The position numbers and the translations under genes are program-made. Shown here one piece after another: positions 29,855 through 39,024 of a DNA stretch of 64,000 bases; the stretch's first letter is position 1; each line of letters opens with the position of its first letter. Source of the DNA: Candidatus Nanopelagicales bacterium. GTDB taxonomy: Bacteria; Actinomycetota; Actinomycetes; S36-B12. The notes beneath the pieces were generated by a model. The model saw nothing but the letters and a program-made list of their open reading frames with translations. It did no database searches and was not told where the DNA came from. The stretch is taken from the NCBI GenBank assembly GCA_044374195.1, contig JBILOY010000001.1, positions 949 through 64,948 of the forward strand, given 5' to 3'.

Positions 29855-32683
29855 CTAGCTGCAGCCGGAGGTGCTGCCGCAGCCTTCGCAGACGTAGCAC
29901 GAACCTGCTGGGCGCATCTTGATGCCACAGGTCATGCACAGCGGTGCATCAGATGCAGTTCCGGTGATCTGCTCGAGCAGCTCTGCACTGGAGTGGGCCT
30001 CCATCGGTGCTGCCTTGGGCGTGACGATCTCGGCCTCGGTTGCTGCATCCTCGACAACAACGTCGAGGTCAGCGGCCGGAGCGATGGCGACGGGTGCTCC
30101 GTAGCCAGCCACGGTTGCCGAACGCTCGTCAGCCGTGAAGATGCCGAGCGCCTCGCGCTTGTCGTAGGGCAGGTAATCGAGGGCCAGGCGGCGGAAGATG
30201 TAATCCATGATCGACTGCGAGATTCGGATATCCGCATCGTCGGTCATGCCCGCCGGCTCGAAGCGCATGTTGACGAACTTCGAGACGAAGGCCTCCAGCG
30301 GCACGCCGTACTGCAGTGCGATGCTGATGGCGATCGAGAAGGCATCCATGACGCCGGCCAGGGTCGAACCCTGCTTGCCCAGCTTCAAGAAGACCTCGCC
30401 AAGGGCGCCATCGTCGTAGGCACCTGCGGTCATATAACCCTCTGCACCGGCCACCGAGAAGCTGGTGGTGCGACTCGGGCGCGACTTCGGCAGGCGGCGA
30501 CGGATCGGCTGGCCCGAAGCGATCGATGCGGCAACCGCCTCGATAACCTCATCGACCTTGGCAGCCTTGCCATCGGAAAGCGGCTGGCCGACCTTGCAGT
30601 TGTCGCGGTAGATCGCCAGTGCCTTGATTCCGAGCTTCCAGCCCTGGAAGTAGATCTCGGAAACTTCCGCGACCGTGGCCGACTCCGGCATGTTCACGGT
30701 CTTGGAGATCGCACCGGAGATGAATGGCTGAACTGCGGCCATCATGCGCACGTGGCCCATCGGGGTGATGGAGCGAACGCCCATGGCGGTGTCGAAGATC
30801 GCGTAGTGCTCAGGCTTGAGGCCCGGTGCGTCGACGACGTGACCGTTCTCGGAGATATATTCGACGATTGCCTCGACGGTCTCCTCGGTGTAACCGGCCT
30901 TGCGCAGTGCGCGCGGGATGGTCTGGTTGACGATCTGCATTGAGCCGCCGCCGACGAGCTTCTTGAACTTCACCAGGGAGAAGTCGGGCTCGATACCGGT
31001 GGTGTCGCAGTCCATCATGAAGCCGATGGTGCCGGTCGGGGCGAGAACCGAGGCCTGCGCATTACGCCAGCCGTTCTTCTCACCGGTCTTCAGGCACTGC
31101 TCCCACGCCTTGTTCGCCAGCTTCTGGACGTCACCGTCAAGGCTGGTGATGGTGCGCACGGTGTCGTTGGCCGCTGCGTGCTTGCGCATGACGCGCTTGT
31201 GGCCATCGATATTGCGTGCGTAACCGTCGTACGGGCCAACGACGCCGGCCAGCTCAGCGCTGCGCTTGTAGGCAGAGCCGGTCATCAAGCTGGTGATCGC
31301 CGCGGCGAAGGCACGGCCGCCATCGCTGTCGTAGGGAAGACCGGTGGCCATGAGTAGCGCACCGAGGTTCGCGTAGCCGATACCGAGCTGGCGGTAGCGA
31401 CGAGTGGTGTCGCCAATGGGCTCGGTCGGGAAGTCGGCGAAGGAGATCGAAATGTCCATCGCGGTGATGACGAACTCGACTGCCTTGGCGAAGCGCTCGC
31501 CATCGAACGTGTCATCGTCCTTGAGGAAGGTGAGCAGGTTCAGCGAGGCAAGGTTGCAGCTGGAGTTGTCGAGGCTCATGTACTCCGAGCACGGGTTGGA
31601 CGCATTGATGCGGCCGGTCTCGGGGTTGGTGTGCCAGTCGTTAATGGTGTCGTCGTACTGGATGCCCGGGTCAGCGCAGGCCCATGCCGCCTCGGTCATC
31701 TTCGCGAAGAGCTCCTTGGCGTCAACTGTCTCGACCACGCGACCATCGGTACGTGCGGTCAGGCCGAAGGGATCGCCGTTCTCCACAGCGCGCATGAACA
31801 GATCGGAGACGCGTACCGAGTTGTTGGCGTTCTGGTACTGAACGGAGGTGATGTCCTTGCCGCCAAGATCCATGTCGAAGCCGGCATCCTTGAGAACGCG
31901 AATCTTCTCCTCTTCGCGAACCTTGGTCTCGATGAACTCCTCGATGTCGGGGTGATCGACGTCGAGCACGACCATCTTGGCTGCACGACGGGTGGCGCCA
32001 CCGCTCTTGATGGTGCCGGCGGATGCGTCAGCACCGCGCATGAAGGAGACCGGGCCGGAGGCGGTGCCGCCGGAGGACTTCAGAAGCTCCTTGCTGGAGC
32101 GGATGCGCGAGAGGTTCAGACCTGCGCCCGAGCCACCCTTGAAGATGAAGCCCTCTTCCTTGTACCAGTTGAGGATGGAATCCATCGTGTCGTCAACGGA
32201 GAGGATGAAGCAGGCGCTGACCTGCTGCGGGGCGGTGGTGCCAACGTTGAACCACACCGGGGAGTTGAAGCTGAACACCTGGTGCAGCAGCATGTAGGTG
32301 AGCTCGTGCTCGAAGATCTCGGCGTCAGCGTCGGTACGGAAGTAGCCGTGCTCCTTGCCAGCCTTCGTGTAGGTGAGCACGACGCGGTCAATGAGCTGCT
32401 TGAGGCCCCACTCGCGTGCCTCAGTGCCCACTGCGCCACGGAAGTACTTGGTGGTGACGATGGTGGAAGCGTTGACGCTCCAGAAGTCAGGGAACTCGAC
32501 ACCGCGCTGCTCGAAGACAACGTCGCCGGTCTTCCAGTTGGTCTGGACGACGTCGCGACGCTCCCAGTTCACGCCGTCATAGGGATGCTGACCGGGGGTC
32601 GAGTAGAGCCGCTCCATCGTGAGACCCGGCTTGCCAAGGGTGTTGTGAACGAACGCAGCCGGTGCACTTGTGGTTACTGACAT
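29855..32683 (-). CDS. nrdJ: vitamin B12-dependent (class II) ribonucleoside-diphosphate reductase
   Basis: It has the N-terminus typical of actinobacterial NrdJ (YDGVNWERRDVV..NWKTG..VFEQRGVEFPDFWS), the catalytic region NPCSEY, and a C-terminal Cys-rich tail (CMTCG...CYVCEGCGSTSGC). Confidence 0.95.
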   Translation of the reverse strand: MSVTTSAPAAFVHNTLGKPGLTMERLYSTPGQHPYDGVNWERRDVVQTNWKTGDVVFEQRGVEFPDFWSVNASTIVTTKYFRGAVGTEAREWGLKQLIDRVVLTYTKAGKEHGYFRTDADAEIFEHELTYMLLHQVFSFNSPVWFNVGTTAPQQVSACFILSVDDTMDSILNWYKEEGFIFKGGSGAGLNLSRIRSSKELLKSSGGTASGPVSFMRGADASAGTIKSGGATRRAAKMVVLDVDHPDIEEFIETKVREEEKIRVLKDAGFDMDLGGKDITSVQYQNANNSVRVSDLFMRAVENGDPFGLTARTDGRVVETVDAKELFAKMTEAAWACADPGIQYDDTINDWHTNPETGRINASNPCSEYMSLDNSSCNLASLNLLTFLKDDDTFDGERFAKAVEFVITAMDISISFADFPTEPIGDTTRRYRQLGIGYANLGALLMATGLPYDSDGGRAFAAAITSLMTGSAYKRSAELAGVVGPYDGYARNIDGHKRVMRKHAAANDTVRTITSLDGDVQKLANKAWEQCLKTGEKNGWRNAQASVLAPTGTIGFMMDCDTTGIEPDFSLVKFKKLVGGGSMQIVNQTIPRALRKAGYTEETVEAIVEYISENGHVVDAPGLKPEHYAIFDTAMGVRSITPMGHVRMMAAVQPFISGAISKTVNMPESATVAEVSEIYFQGWKLGIKALAIYRDNCKVGQPLSDGKAAKVDEVIEAVAASIASGQPIRRRLPKSRPSRTTSFSVAGAEGYMTAGAYDDGALGEVFLKLGKQGSTLAGVMDAFSIAISIALQYGVPLEAFVSKFVNMRFEPAGMTDDADIRISQSIMDYIFRRLALDYLPYDKREALGIFTADERSATVAGYGAPVAIAPAADLDVVVEDAATEAEIVTPKAAPMEAHSSAELLEQITGTASDAPLCMTCGIKMRPAGSCYVCEGCGSTSGCS

Positions 32684-32701
32684 GGGTGGTGCCTTTCTTC
32701 C

Positions 32702-33214
32702 TCAGGAGCGGTTACTGGAATGGGAAGTCGCGGTGGGCTCGAGCTTGGTCGGCTCTTGCCCAGTGGGTTCGCCCTCTGCACGCAGCAGGGCTATCTCAGC
32801 CTCGAAGTCATCGAGGGTGTCGAATGACCGATAGACGGAGGCAAAGCGCAGATAGGCCACTTCGTCGAGTTCGCGAAGTGGTCCGAGGATGGCCAGGCCA
32901 ACCTCCATCGCCGGGATCTCGGCGGTGCCGGTGGCGCGGAGGGCGTCTTCGACCTTTTGGGCCAGCAGGGCAAGGTCGTCATCGCTGACAGGTCGGCCTT
33001 GGCAGGCCTTGTGGACACCGGAGACAACCTTGGCGCGACTGAAGGGCTCAAGGACGCCGGAGCGCTTGGCGATCAGCATCGAGGCAGTCTCAGCGGTGGT
33101 GAAGCGGCGGCCGCAGGCGGCACACTCACGACGCCGGCGAATGGCAGCGCCATCATCGATCGTGCGTGAATCCACGACTCGTGAGTCGTCTTCGCGGCAG
33201 AACGGGCATCGCAT
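32702..33214 (-). CDS. nrdR: transcriptional repressor NrdR
   Basis: [17 protein letters not shown]....[19 protein letters not shown] is the zinc ribbon, followed by an ATP-cone. The start is ATG 33212-33214 with a GGGAGG Shine-Dalgarno sequence. Confidence 0.95.
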   Translation of the reverse strand: MRCPFCREDDSRVVDSRTIDDGAAIRRRRECAACGRRFTTAETASMLIAKRSGVLEPFSRAKVVSGVHKACQGRPVSDDDLALLAQKVEDALRATGTAEIPAMEVGLAILGPLRELDEVAYLRFASVYRSFDTLDDFEAEIALLRAEGEPTGQEPTKLEPTATSHSSNRS

Positions 33215-33324
33215 CTTGTGTACCTCCCTTCCCTTAACTTCACTTCTGTCACATCCGTGGGGCCAGTTCAGGCTTCCTGTGGGTGAATCTGGGGATTCCC
33301 TGTGGAAAGCCTGTGACCCAATAA

Positions 33325-33372
33325 CCACAACCTGTGGACGAATCACATGGCTGCAACTACTACATCTAGGGG
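33325..33372 (-). promoter_or_regulatory. two candidate NrdR boxes upstream of nrdR-nrdJ
   Basis: The minus-strand 16-mers CCCCTAGATGTAGTAG (33357-33372) and CGTCCACAGGTTGTGG (33325-33340) fit the acaCwAtATaTwGtgt consensus at 6/6 and 5/6 of the strongly conserved positions. Their centres are 32 bp apart, the usual tandem spacing. Confidence 0.5.
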
Positions 33373-33445
33373 TAGGAACGTACTGCTAATACCGAAGGAA
33401 CGCAACACTCATTTTTCGGCGAGTCGCGCGGAGTTTCGCGGCTCT

Positions 33446-33832
33446 TTAGCCGCCGATCGGGACGATCAGTCGCTGGCCGGCCACGAGCTCGCCACCGTTG
33501 AGGCTGTTGAGCTCGACCAGGGTCTGCATCATCGAACGCGGATCCCCGTTGGGCTGCAACGACTTTGCAATGGTCCACAGGGAATCCCCCGCCTGGACGA
33601 CCACACTGGCGGTCGCCGGGCCGCCTGCGGAGTCCGAGGCGTCAGCCGAAGTTCCTCCTACCGCAATCATCACGAGCAACAAGGTCACCACGGACAACAG
33701 GAAGAACACGGCGGCGCGGCCGCGAGCGGTCAGGCGAACCGGCTGGCGGGCCCCTGCCGGGCGAGTCGAGCGCGTTGACTGAGCAGCGCGAACCGGGCGA
33801 GCAGTGCGGGGAAGGGTGGTTGCGAGGGCCAT
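33446..33832 (-). CDS. LysM peptidoglycan-binding domain protein (Rv2719c/ChiZ-like, divergent from lexA)
   Basis: An Arg-rich N-terminus, one TM helix and a C-terminal LysM domain (VVVQAGDSLWTIAKSL......LVELNSL.GGELVAGQRLIVP). I moved the start to ATG 33830-33832, which has an AAGGA Shine-Dalgarno sequence. Confidence 0.8.
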   Translation of the reverse strand: MALATTLPRTARPVRAAQSTRSTRPAGARQPVRLTARGRAAVFFLLSVVTLLLVMIAVGGTSADASDSAGGPATASVVVQAGDSLWTIAKSLQPNGDPRSMMQTLVELNSLNGGELVAGQRLIVPIGG

Positions 33833-33854
33833 CTCAGTTCCTTTCGGGGAAGTT

Positions 33855-33886
33855 TCGAACGTGTGTTCGATCGAACGCATGTGCGA
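33855..33886. promoter_or_regulatory. two abutting LexA (SOS) boxes
   Basis: TCGAACGTGTGTTCGA (a perfect TCGAAC-N4-GTTCGA) is immediately followed by TCGAACGCATGTGCGA (one mismatch). Confidence 0.85.
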
Positions 33887-33923
33887 TGTGTAGCACGATT
33901 TACGCGACACGTCCAGCCGACAT

Positions 33924-33939
33924 TCGAACATGTGTTTGA
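33924..33939. promoter_or_regulatory. third LexA (SOS) box, lexA-proximal
   Basis: TCGAACATGTGTTTGA has one mismatch to TCGAAC-N4-GTTCGA. Confidence 0.75.
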
Positions 33940-34059
33940 TTTTTCGAATCAGGCCAACTAACGTTCTGGTCATGGCCGCAGGCTGCCAGCGGGGTCTGAC
34001 ATCGGTTCGGGGCACGATCTCGAATCAGGAAGATCCCCGGCAGCCGGGCGCAGAACCGA

Positions 34060-34797
34060 GTGAAAGGCAGCCCCATGGCACCGAAGAAGAAGGCCGACGG
34101 AACTCCCCTGGCCAGCGTCAGCGAGTTCCCCGACGGCCCCGCTGATGCCAGCGGCCTGACCACCCGCCAGCGGGCCATCCTCGAGATGATCCGCGCCACC
34201 GTCGACGAGCGTGGCTATCCGCCGAGCGTGCGCGAGATCGGCGAAGGCGTGGGCCTGACCTCGTCCAGCTCCGTGGCCCATCAGCTCACGACCCTCGAGC
34301 GCATGGGTTACTTGCGCCGCGACCCCAATCGCCCCCGCGCTCTCGTAGTCGCTGATGCGCCCGAAGTCACCCCGACAGCGGTCGCACCCGTGGCCGAGGT
34401 CCGTGAACTCCACTCCTCGAGCGCATCCGTGAATGTGCCCCTCGTCGGGCGCATTGCTGCCGGCGGTCCGATCCTCGCCGAGGAGATGATCGAAGACGTC
34501 TTCGCCCTGCCGCGCGATCTCGTGGGCACCGGTGAACTCTTCATGCTCAAGGTCGTCGGCGATTCCATGGTCGATGCGGCAATCTGCGATGGCGACTGGG
34601 TGGTCGTGCGCCAACAGAATTCCTGCGACAACGGCGACATCGTCGCCGCCCTGCTCGATAACGAGGCCACGGTCAAGACCTTCAAGCGGCGCGACGGACA
34701 TGTCTGGCTGATGCCGCACAATCCGGCCTACGCGCCGATCCTGGGCGACGACGCCACCATCATGGGCAAGGTTGTCACCGTTCTGCGCAAGCTCTAG
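34060..34797 (+). CDS. lexA: LexA repressor
   Basis: [59 protein letters not shown] is followed by the S24 peptidase domain (VGDSM...GDIVAA, KTFKR). The start is either GTG 34060 or ATG 34075. Confidence 0.95.
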   Translation: MKGSPMAPKKKADGTPLASVSEFPDGPADASGLTTRQRAILEMIRATVDERGYPPSVREIGEGVGLTSSSSVAHQLTTLERMGYLRRDPNRPRALVVADAPEVTPTAVAPVAEVRELHSSSASVNVPLVGRIAAGGPILAEEMIEDVFALPRDLVGTGELFMLKVVGDSMVDAAICDGDWVVVRQQNSCDNGDIVAALLDNEATVKTFKRRDGHVWLMPHNPAYAPILGDDATIMGKVVTVLRKL

Positions 34798-36752
34798 TCC
34801 GCTGCATCCAGTTCGTCGCGCAGGCGGGTCAGTGCGCTGACTACGGTCGGTCGATCTGTCGTGTACCAAAACGGCGGCAGGCTGGCACGCAGCGCGCGCC
34901 CATAGGCAGCAGTGGCTAGGCGTGAGTCGAGAACTGCCACGACTCCCCTGTCCTCGGGCCCGCGAATGAGTCGACCAGCACCCTGGGCGAGTAGCAGCCC
35001 GGCCTTGGGCACGGCAATCGATCGAAAACCGGAGCCACCGGCTTCGTCGACTGCGCGCTGACGTGCGCTCAGCAGCGGGTCATCGGGGCGAGGAAACGGA
35101 ATCCGGTCGATCACTACCTGAATGCACGACTCGCCCGGCACATCAACGCCTTGCCATAGCGAGACTGTGCCCAGCAGAGTGCTGGCTTGATCAGCGGTGA
35201 ACTTGTCGACCAGATTGCCGACCGAATCACCCTTGCGCTGCACGAGCACCGGGAACTTCTTCGAATCGAGTCGTACGCGCAGGTACTCAGCTGCCCGCTC
35301 GACGCCACGCCAGCTGGAGAACAGCGCGAGTGTGCGCCCGCCGGCAGCCTCGATCAGCTCAGCGAGCTCATCGAGAGCCTCCATCGCAATACCTTCGCGA
35401 CCAGGGGCAGGTAGATCCTTGGCGACGTAGAGGATCCCCTGCTTTGCGTGATCGAAGGGCGAACCGACATCCATCGTGACGACGCTGGACTCAGTCAGGC
35501 CCAATGAACCCACGAGTGAATCGAATCCCCCACCGACGGTGAGCGTGGCACTCGTCAGCACCACAGGGGTCTTGTTGAACAGCGCCTCGCGCAGCAGGCC
35601 GGAGACAGACAAGGGCGCAAGCTTGAGGGTCGGCGCACGATTCTCGCCCGGGTCAAGCCACACGACGTCGTGCACACCAGCAATGAGCAACGAACCTGCG
35701 ACATCGTGAACATCTTCAAGGGCGCCACGGGCCTGCTGACGTGCGGCCATGGCCGACGGCTCCTTGTCGCGGTCTGCAGCCAGCTCACTCATCGCGTTAT
35801 TGCAGGCATCTCGCACCATGGTCAGGGCGAGCAGCACGTTCTTCGGCAGCGAGGTCAGCTGAGTCGGGCCGCCGAGGGCGAGTGCTTCCTCGCGCATCGC
35901 GTCATCAAGGGTCTCGGAAGCCACCTCAAGGCGCTCGACTGTTTCGGCATCGATCTGCTTACGCACGCGACTGATCGCCTTCTCGACCATCGACACGGTG
36001 AGTTCTGACGTGATCGCCGCGGTCGCTCGATCGACCAACTCGTGGCCCTCGTCGATGATGACGGCATCATGCTCCGGGAGCACTGGGATGCCCTCGATCG
36101 CGTCAATGGCGAGCATGGCGTGATTGGTGATGACGATGTCGGCCTCTTGCGCTTGCAGGCGACGCTTGACGGTGAAGCACTCCTCGCCAAAAGTGCACTT
36201 GCTCTCGCCCACGCACTCGCGTCGACCGACAGAGAAACTGCGCCATACGCGCGGGTCAATCTCATCGGGGTACTCATCGCGATCGCCGGTCTCGGTGCTC
36301 TCTGCCCACGCACGCACGGCAACAACCTGATCACCGAGCTCACTGCGCTTGGTGCTGAAAAGTGCCTCGGATTCATCCTCCGGCACTGTGCCATTGAGTT
36401 TCTCCAGGCACACGTAGTTGTTGCGACCCTTGAGCACGGCGAAGGTGACCGGGCGCGACATGACGGGCTCGAGGGCCTCGGCCAGACGGGGTAGATCGCG
36501 TTCGACCAACTGACGTTGCAGCGCGAGAGTTGCCGTGGCCACCACGACGGTGTTGTTGGTGGTCGCCGCGTGTACGGCCGCCGGCACCAGGTATCCGAAC
36601 GACTTGCCGGTGCCGGTACCTGCCTGCACGATCACGTGCGAGCCCTCACTGATGGCAGCGGCAACTGCATTGGCCATCTCGTGCTGACCCTCGCGCCGCT
36701 GGCCACCCATAGCCTCGACTACGGCATCAAGGGCGTTGTCGACATCACTCAT
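34794..36752 (-). CDS. dinG: ATP-dependent DNA helicase, DinG/Rad3-like
   Basis: It has Walker A ([16 protein letters not shown]), a DEGH box (IIDEGHEL) and a C-terminal helicase domain. Its stop overlaps the lexA stop (CTAG). Confidence 0.85.
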   Translation of the reverse strand: MSDVDNALDAVVEAMGGQRREGQHEMANAVAAAISEGSHVIVQAGTGTGKSFGYLVPAAVHAATTNNTVVVATATLALQRQLVERDLPRLAEALEPVMSRPVTFAVLKGRNNYVCLEKLNGTVPEDESEALFSTKRSELGDQVVAVRAWAESTETGDRDEYPDEIDPRVWRSFSVGRRECVGESKCTFGEECFTVKRRLQAQEADIVITNHAMLAIDAIEGIPVLPEHDAVIIDEGHELVDRATAAITSELTVSMVEKAISRVRKQIDAETVERLEVASETLDDAMREEALALGGPTQLTSLPKNVLLALTMVRDACNNAMSELAADRDKEPSAMAARQQARGALEDVHDVAGSLLIAGVHDVVWLDPGENRAPTLKLAPLSVSGLLREALFNKTPVVLTSATLTVGGGFDSLVGSLGLTESSVVTMDVGSPFDHAKQGILYVAKDLPAPGREGIAMEALDELAELIEAAGGRTLALFSSWRGVERAAEYLRVRLDSKKFPVLVQRKGDSVGNLVDKFTADQASTLLGTVSLWQGVDVPGESCIQVVIDRIPFPRPDDPLLSARQRAVDEAGGSGFRSIAVPKAGLLLAQGAGRLIRGPEDRGVVAVLDSRLATAAYGRALRASLPPFWYTTDRPTVVSALTRLRDELDAAD

Positions 36753-38146
36753 TCGCAGGCCGTGCGCAGCTCGTTGGCCAGCATCTCGGGAACGCGAGCA
36801 TGCAACCGTGAACCGATCTCGCCATGCTCGACGCTGATGACATCGCCGCTCGCATGAGCACGCGAGATGAGGTCACCTCGCGCATAGGGCACGACAAGAT
36901 CGATCTCCTGCATCAGGCTCGGCAGGTCTGCTTCGATCGCGAGCAACAGCTCATCGATCCCCTCGCCGGTCATCGCTGAGATCACCACCGAATGAGGCTC
37001 GCGGCGCAAAAGGTTGGTCACGACTTCGGGGTCCGCGATATCAGCCTTGTTCAGCACGATGAGTTCGGGTACATGGCCGGCATCAACGTCATTGAGCACA
37101 AGGCGCACGGCATTGATCTGGCCCTCGGGATCCTCGTCCGAGGCATCGACCACGTGCACGATCAGATCGGCATCCTTGACCTCTTCCAGGGTCGAGCGGA
37201 AGGCCTCGACCAGCTGATGCGGAAGGTGGCGGACGAAACCGACGGTGTCGGCGAGGGTGAAGTCGCGGCCGCTCGGACTCTTCGCCTTTCGGATGGTGGG
37301 ATCCAAGGTGGCGAAGAGCGAGTTCTCGACCAGCACGCCGGCGCCCGTCAGCCGGTTGAGCAGGCTCGACTTTCCGGCATTCGTATACCCGGCGATCGCC
37401 ACCGACGGGATGCCTGCGCGATGACGGGAGGCACGCTGAGTAACGCGTGACTTCTCCATCTCCTTCAGCTCGCGCCGAAGTTTCGTCATCTGGTCACGGA
37501 TACGTCGACGGTCAGTCTCGATCTTGGTCTCACCGGGGCCACGTGTACCTACGCCACCGCTGGCACTGCCGCCCGCGCCACCGCCCTGCCGGGAGAGTGA
37601 CTCACCCCAGCCACGCAGGCGAGGCAGCAGATACTGCATCTGCGCCAGACTGACCTGCGCCTTGCCTTCGCGGCTACGTGCATGCTGAGCGAAGATGTCG
37701 AGAATCAGCCACGTGCGATCGACGACCTTGACCTTAAGGATTGACTCGAGTTGGCGCAGCTGGCCGGGAGACAGCTCGCCATCGCAGATCACGGTGTCAG
37801 CACCGGTGGCCTTGACAATCTCACACAACTCGAGCACCTTGCCCGAGCCGAGGTAGGTGGCGGGATCTGGATTATCACGTCGTTGGATCACGCCATCGAC
37901 AACCTCGGAGCCAGCTGTCTCGGCGAGCAGTGCGAGCTCGCGCAACGAACGCTCAGCATCGAGAACCGTTCCGGAGGTCCAGACACCCGCGAGCACGACC
38001 CGCTCGAGCCGAATCTGGCGGTATTCGACCTCGGTGACATCCTCGAGTTCGGTTGACAGGCCCGAGACTCGACGCAAACCAGCTCGAGCCTCGAGCTCGT
38101 AACCGCCCGTGCTCTGCTGATCGGTGTCGAAGTCGTCGCTACTCAT
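36749..38146 (-). CDS. hflX: GTPase HflX
   Basis: The HflX N-domain is followed by the G-domain motifs GYTNAGKSSLLN, DTVGF and NKAD. The gene overlaps dinG by 4 nt. Confidence 0.9.
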   Translation of the reverse strand: MSSDDFDTDQQSTGGYELEARAGLRRVSGLSTELEDVTEVEYRQIRLERVVLAGVWTSGTVLDAERSLRELALLAETAGSEVVDGVIQRRDNPDPATYLGSGKVLELCEIVKATGADTVICDGELSPGQLRQLESILKVKVVDRTWLILDIFAQHARSREGKAQVSLAQMQYLLPRLRGWGESLSRQGGGAGGSASGGVGTRGPGETKIETDRRRIRDQMTKLRRELKEMEKSRVTQRASRHRAGIPSVAIAGYTNAGKSSLLNRLTGAGVLVENSLFATLDPTIRKAKSPSGRDFTLADTVGFVRHLPHQLVEAFRSTLEEVKDADLIVHVVDASDEDPEGQINAVRLVLNDVDAGHVPELIVLNKADIADPEVVTNLLRREPHSVVISAMTGEGIDELLLAIEADLPSLMQEIDLVVPYARGDLISRAHASGDVISVEHGEIGSRLHARVPEMLANELRTACE

Positions 38147-38163
38147 GTGTCACGTGTATGTGC

Positions 38164-39003
38164 TCACGGCAGCAGCACGGTGCCGCGGGCCACGAGATCA
38201 GCCGGCCCGCGCATGAGCAATTGGCCGGACTCTGTCTCGATGATGGTCAAAGTGCCACCGGTGACGTCAACACGAACGTCGCTACCCCTAGGCGCATCGA
38301 TCCGGCGAAGGTAGGCGAAAGCCGCAGCGCATGCTCCGGTGCCGCAGCTGAGGGTCTCGCCAACGCCACGCTCGAAGACGCGCATCGCGATGTGGTTCTT
38401 GCCGCGAACAACGACGAATTCGACATTCGCACCCTCGTTGAAGATGGATGCAGGAGCGATGCCAGGCGACACCAGGAGGTCCCCGGCATCATCGAGGGAT
38501 TCGACGAAAGAGACCGCATGCGGGTTCGGGATCATTACGCCCACCGCCGGCAGCTGCCGGCTTCCCACGGTCACCACTGCGGTACCGGGAGGGGTAGTCG
38601 GGATACCCATGTCAACGGTGATGCTGAGGTCGGACTCCATGCTCACCGTGCGTATGCCGCCACGCGTGGCGATCATCACCTCGGCATCGGTGATCAGGCC
38701 GGTGGCATCGAGATAACGGGCGAAGACCCGAGAACCGTTACCGCACATCTCAGAGAGGCTGCCGTCGGCATTGCGGTAATCCATGAACCACTCGGCCAAG
38801 TCAGCCATCGAGGCGACCTCGGGCACGCGGGCAGTGCGCACGACACGAATCACGCCATCAGCACCAAGGCCGAAATGACGATCGCAGAGAAAGCGCACCT
38901 GCTCAGGAGAGATCTCGATCTCGCCCTCGAAGTCAGGGATGAGGATGAAGTCATTGCCGGTGCCGTGACCCTTCACGAACCGCAATTCTGGATTCCTCGC
39001 CAT
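38164..39003 (-). CDS. dapF: diaminopimelate epimerase
   Basis: FVKGHGTGNDFILI, and the two catalytic Cys contexts (MCGNGSRVFA, SCGTGACAAA). Confidence 0.9.
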   Translation of the reverse strand: MARNPELRFVKGHGTGNDFILIPDFEGEIEISPEQVRFLCDRHFGLGADGVIRVVRTARVPEVASMADLAEWFMDYRNADGSLSEMCGNGSRVFARYLDATGLITDAEVMIATRGGIRTVSMESDLSITVDMGIPTTPPGTAVVTVGSRQLPAVGVMIPNPHAVSFVESLDDAGDLLVSPGIAPASIFNEGANVEFVVVRGKNHIAMRVFERGVGETLSCGTGACAAAFAYLRRIDAPRGSDVRVDVTGGTLTIIETESGQLLMRGPADLVARGTVLLP

Positions 39004-39024
39004 GCCCTAGAGCCTAGTCGCCGC

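Noticed and set aside
33970-34869. A 299-aa ORF antisense to lexA.
   Set aside because: It is a shadow ORF opposite an unambiguous LexA coding sequence, with low-complexity Gly/Asp/His-rich composition.
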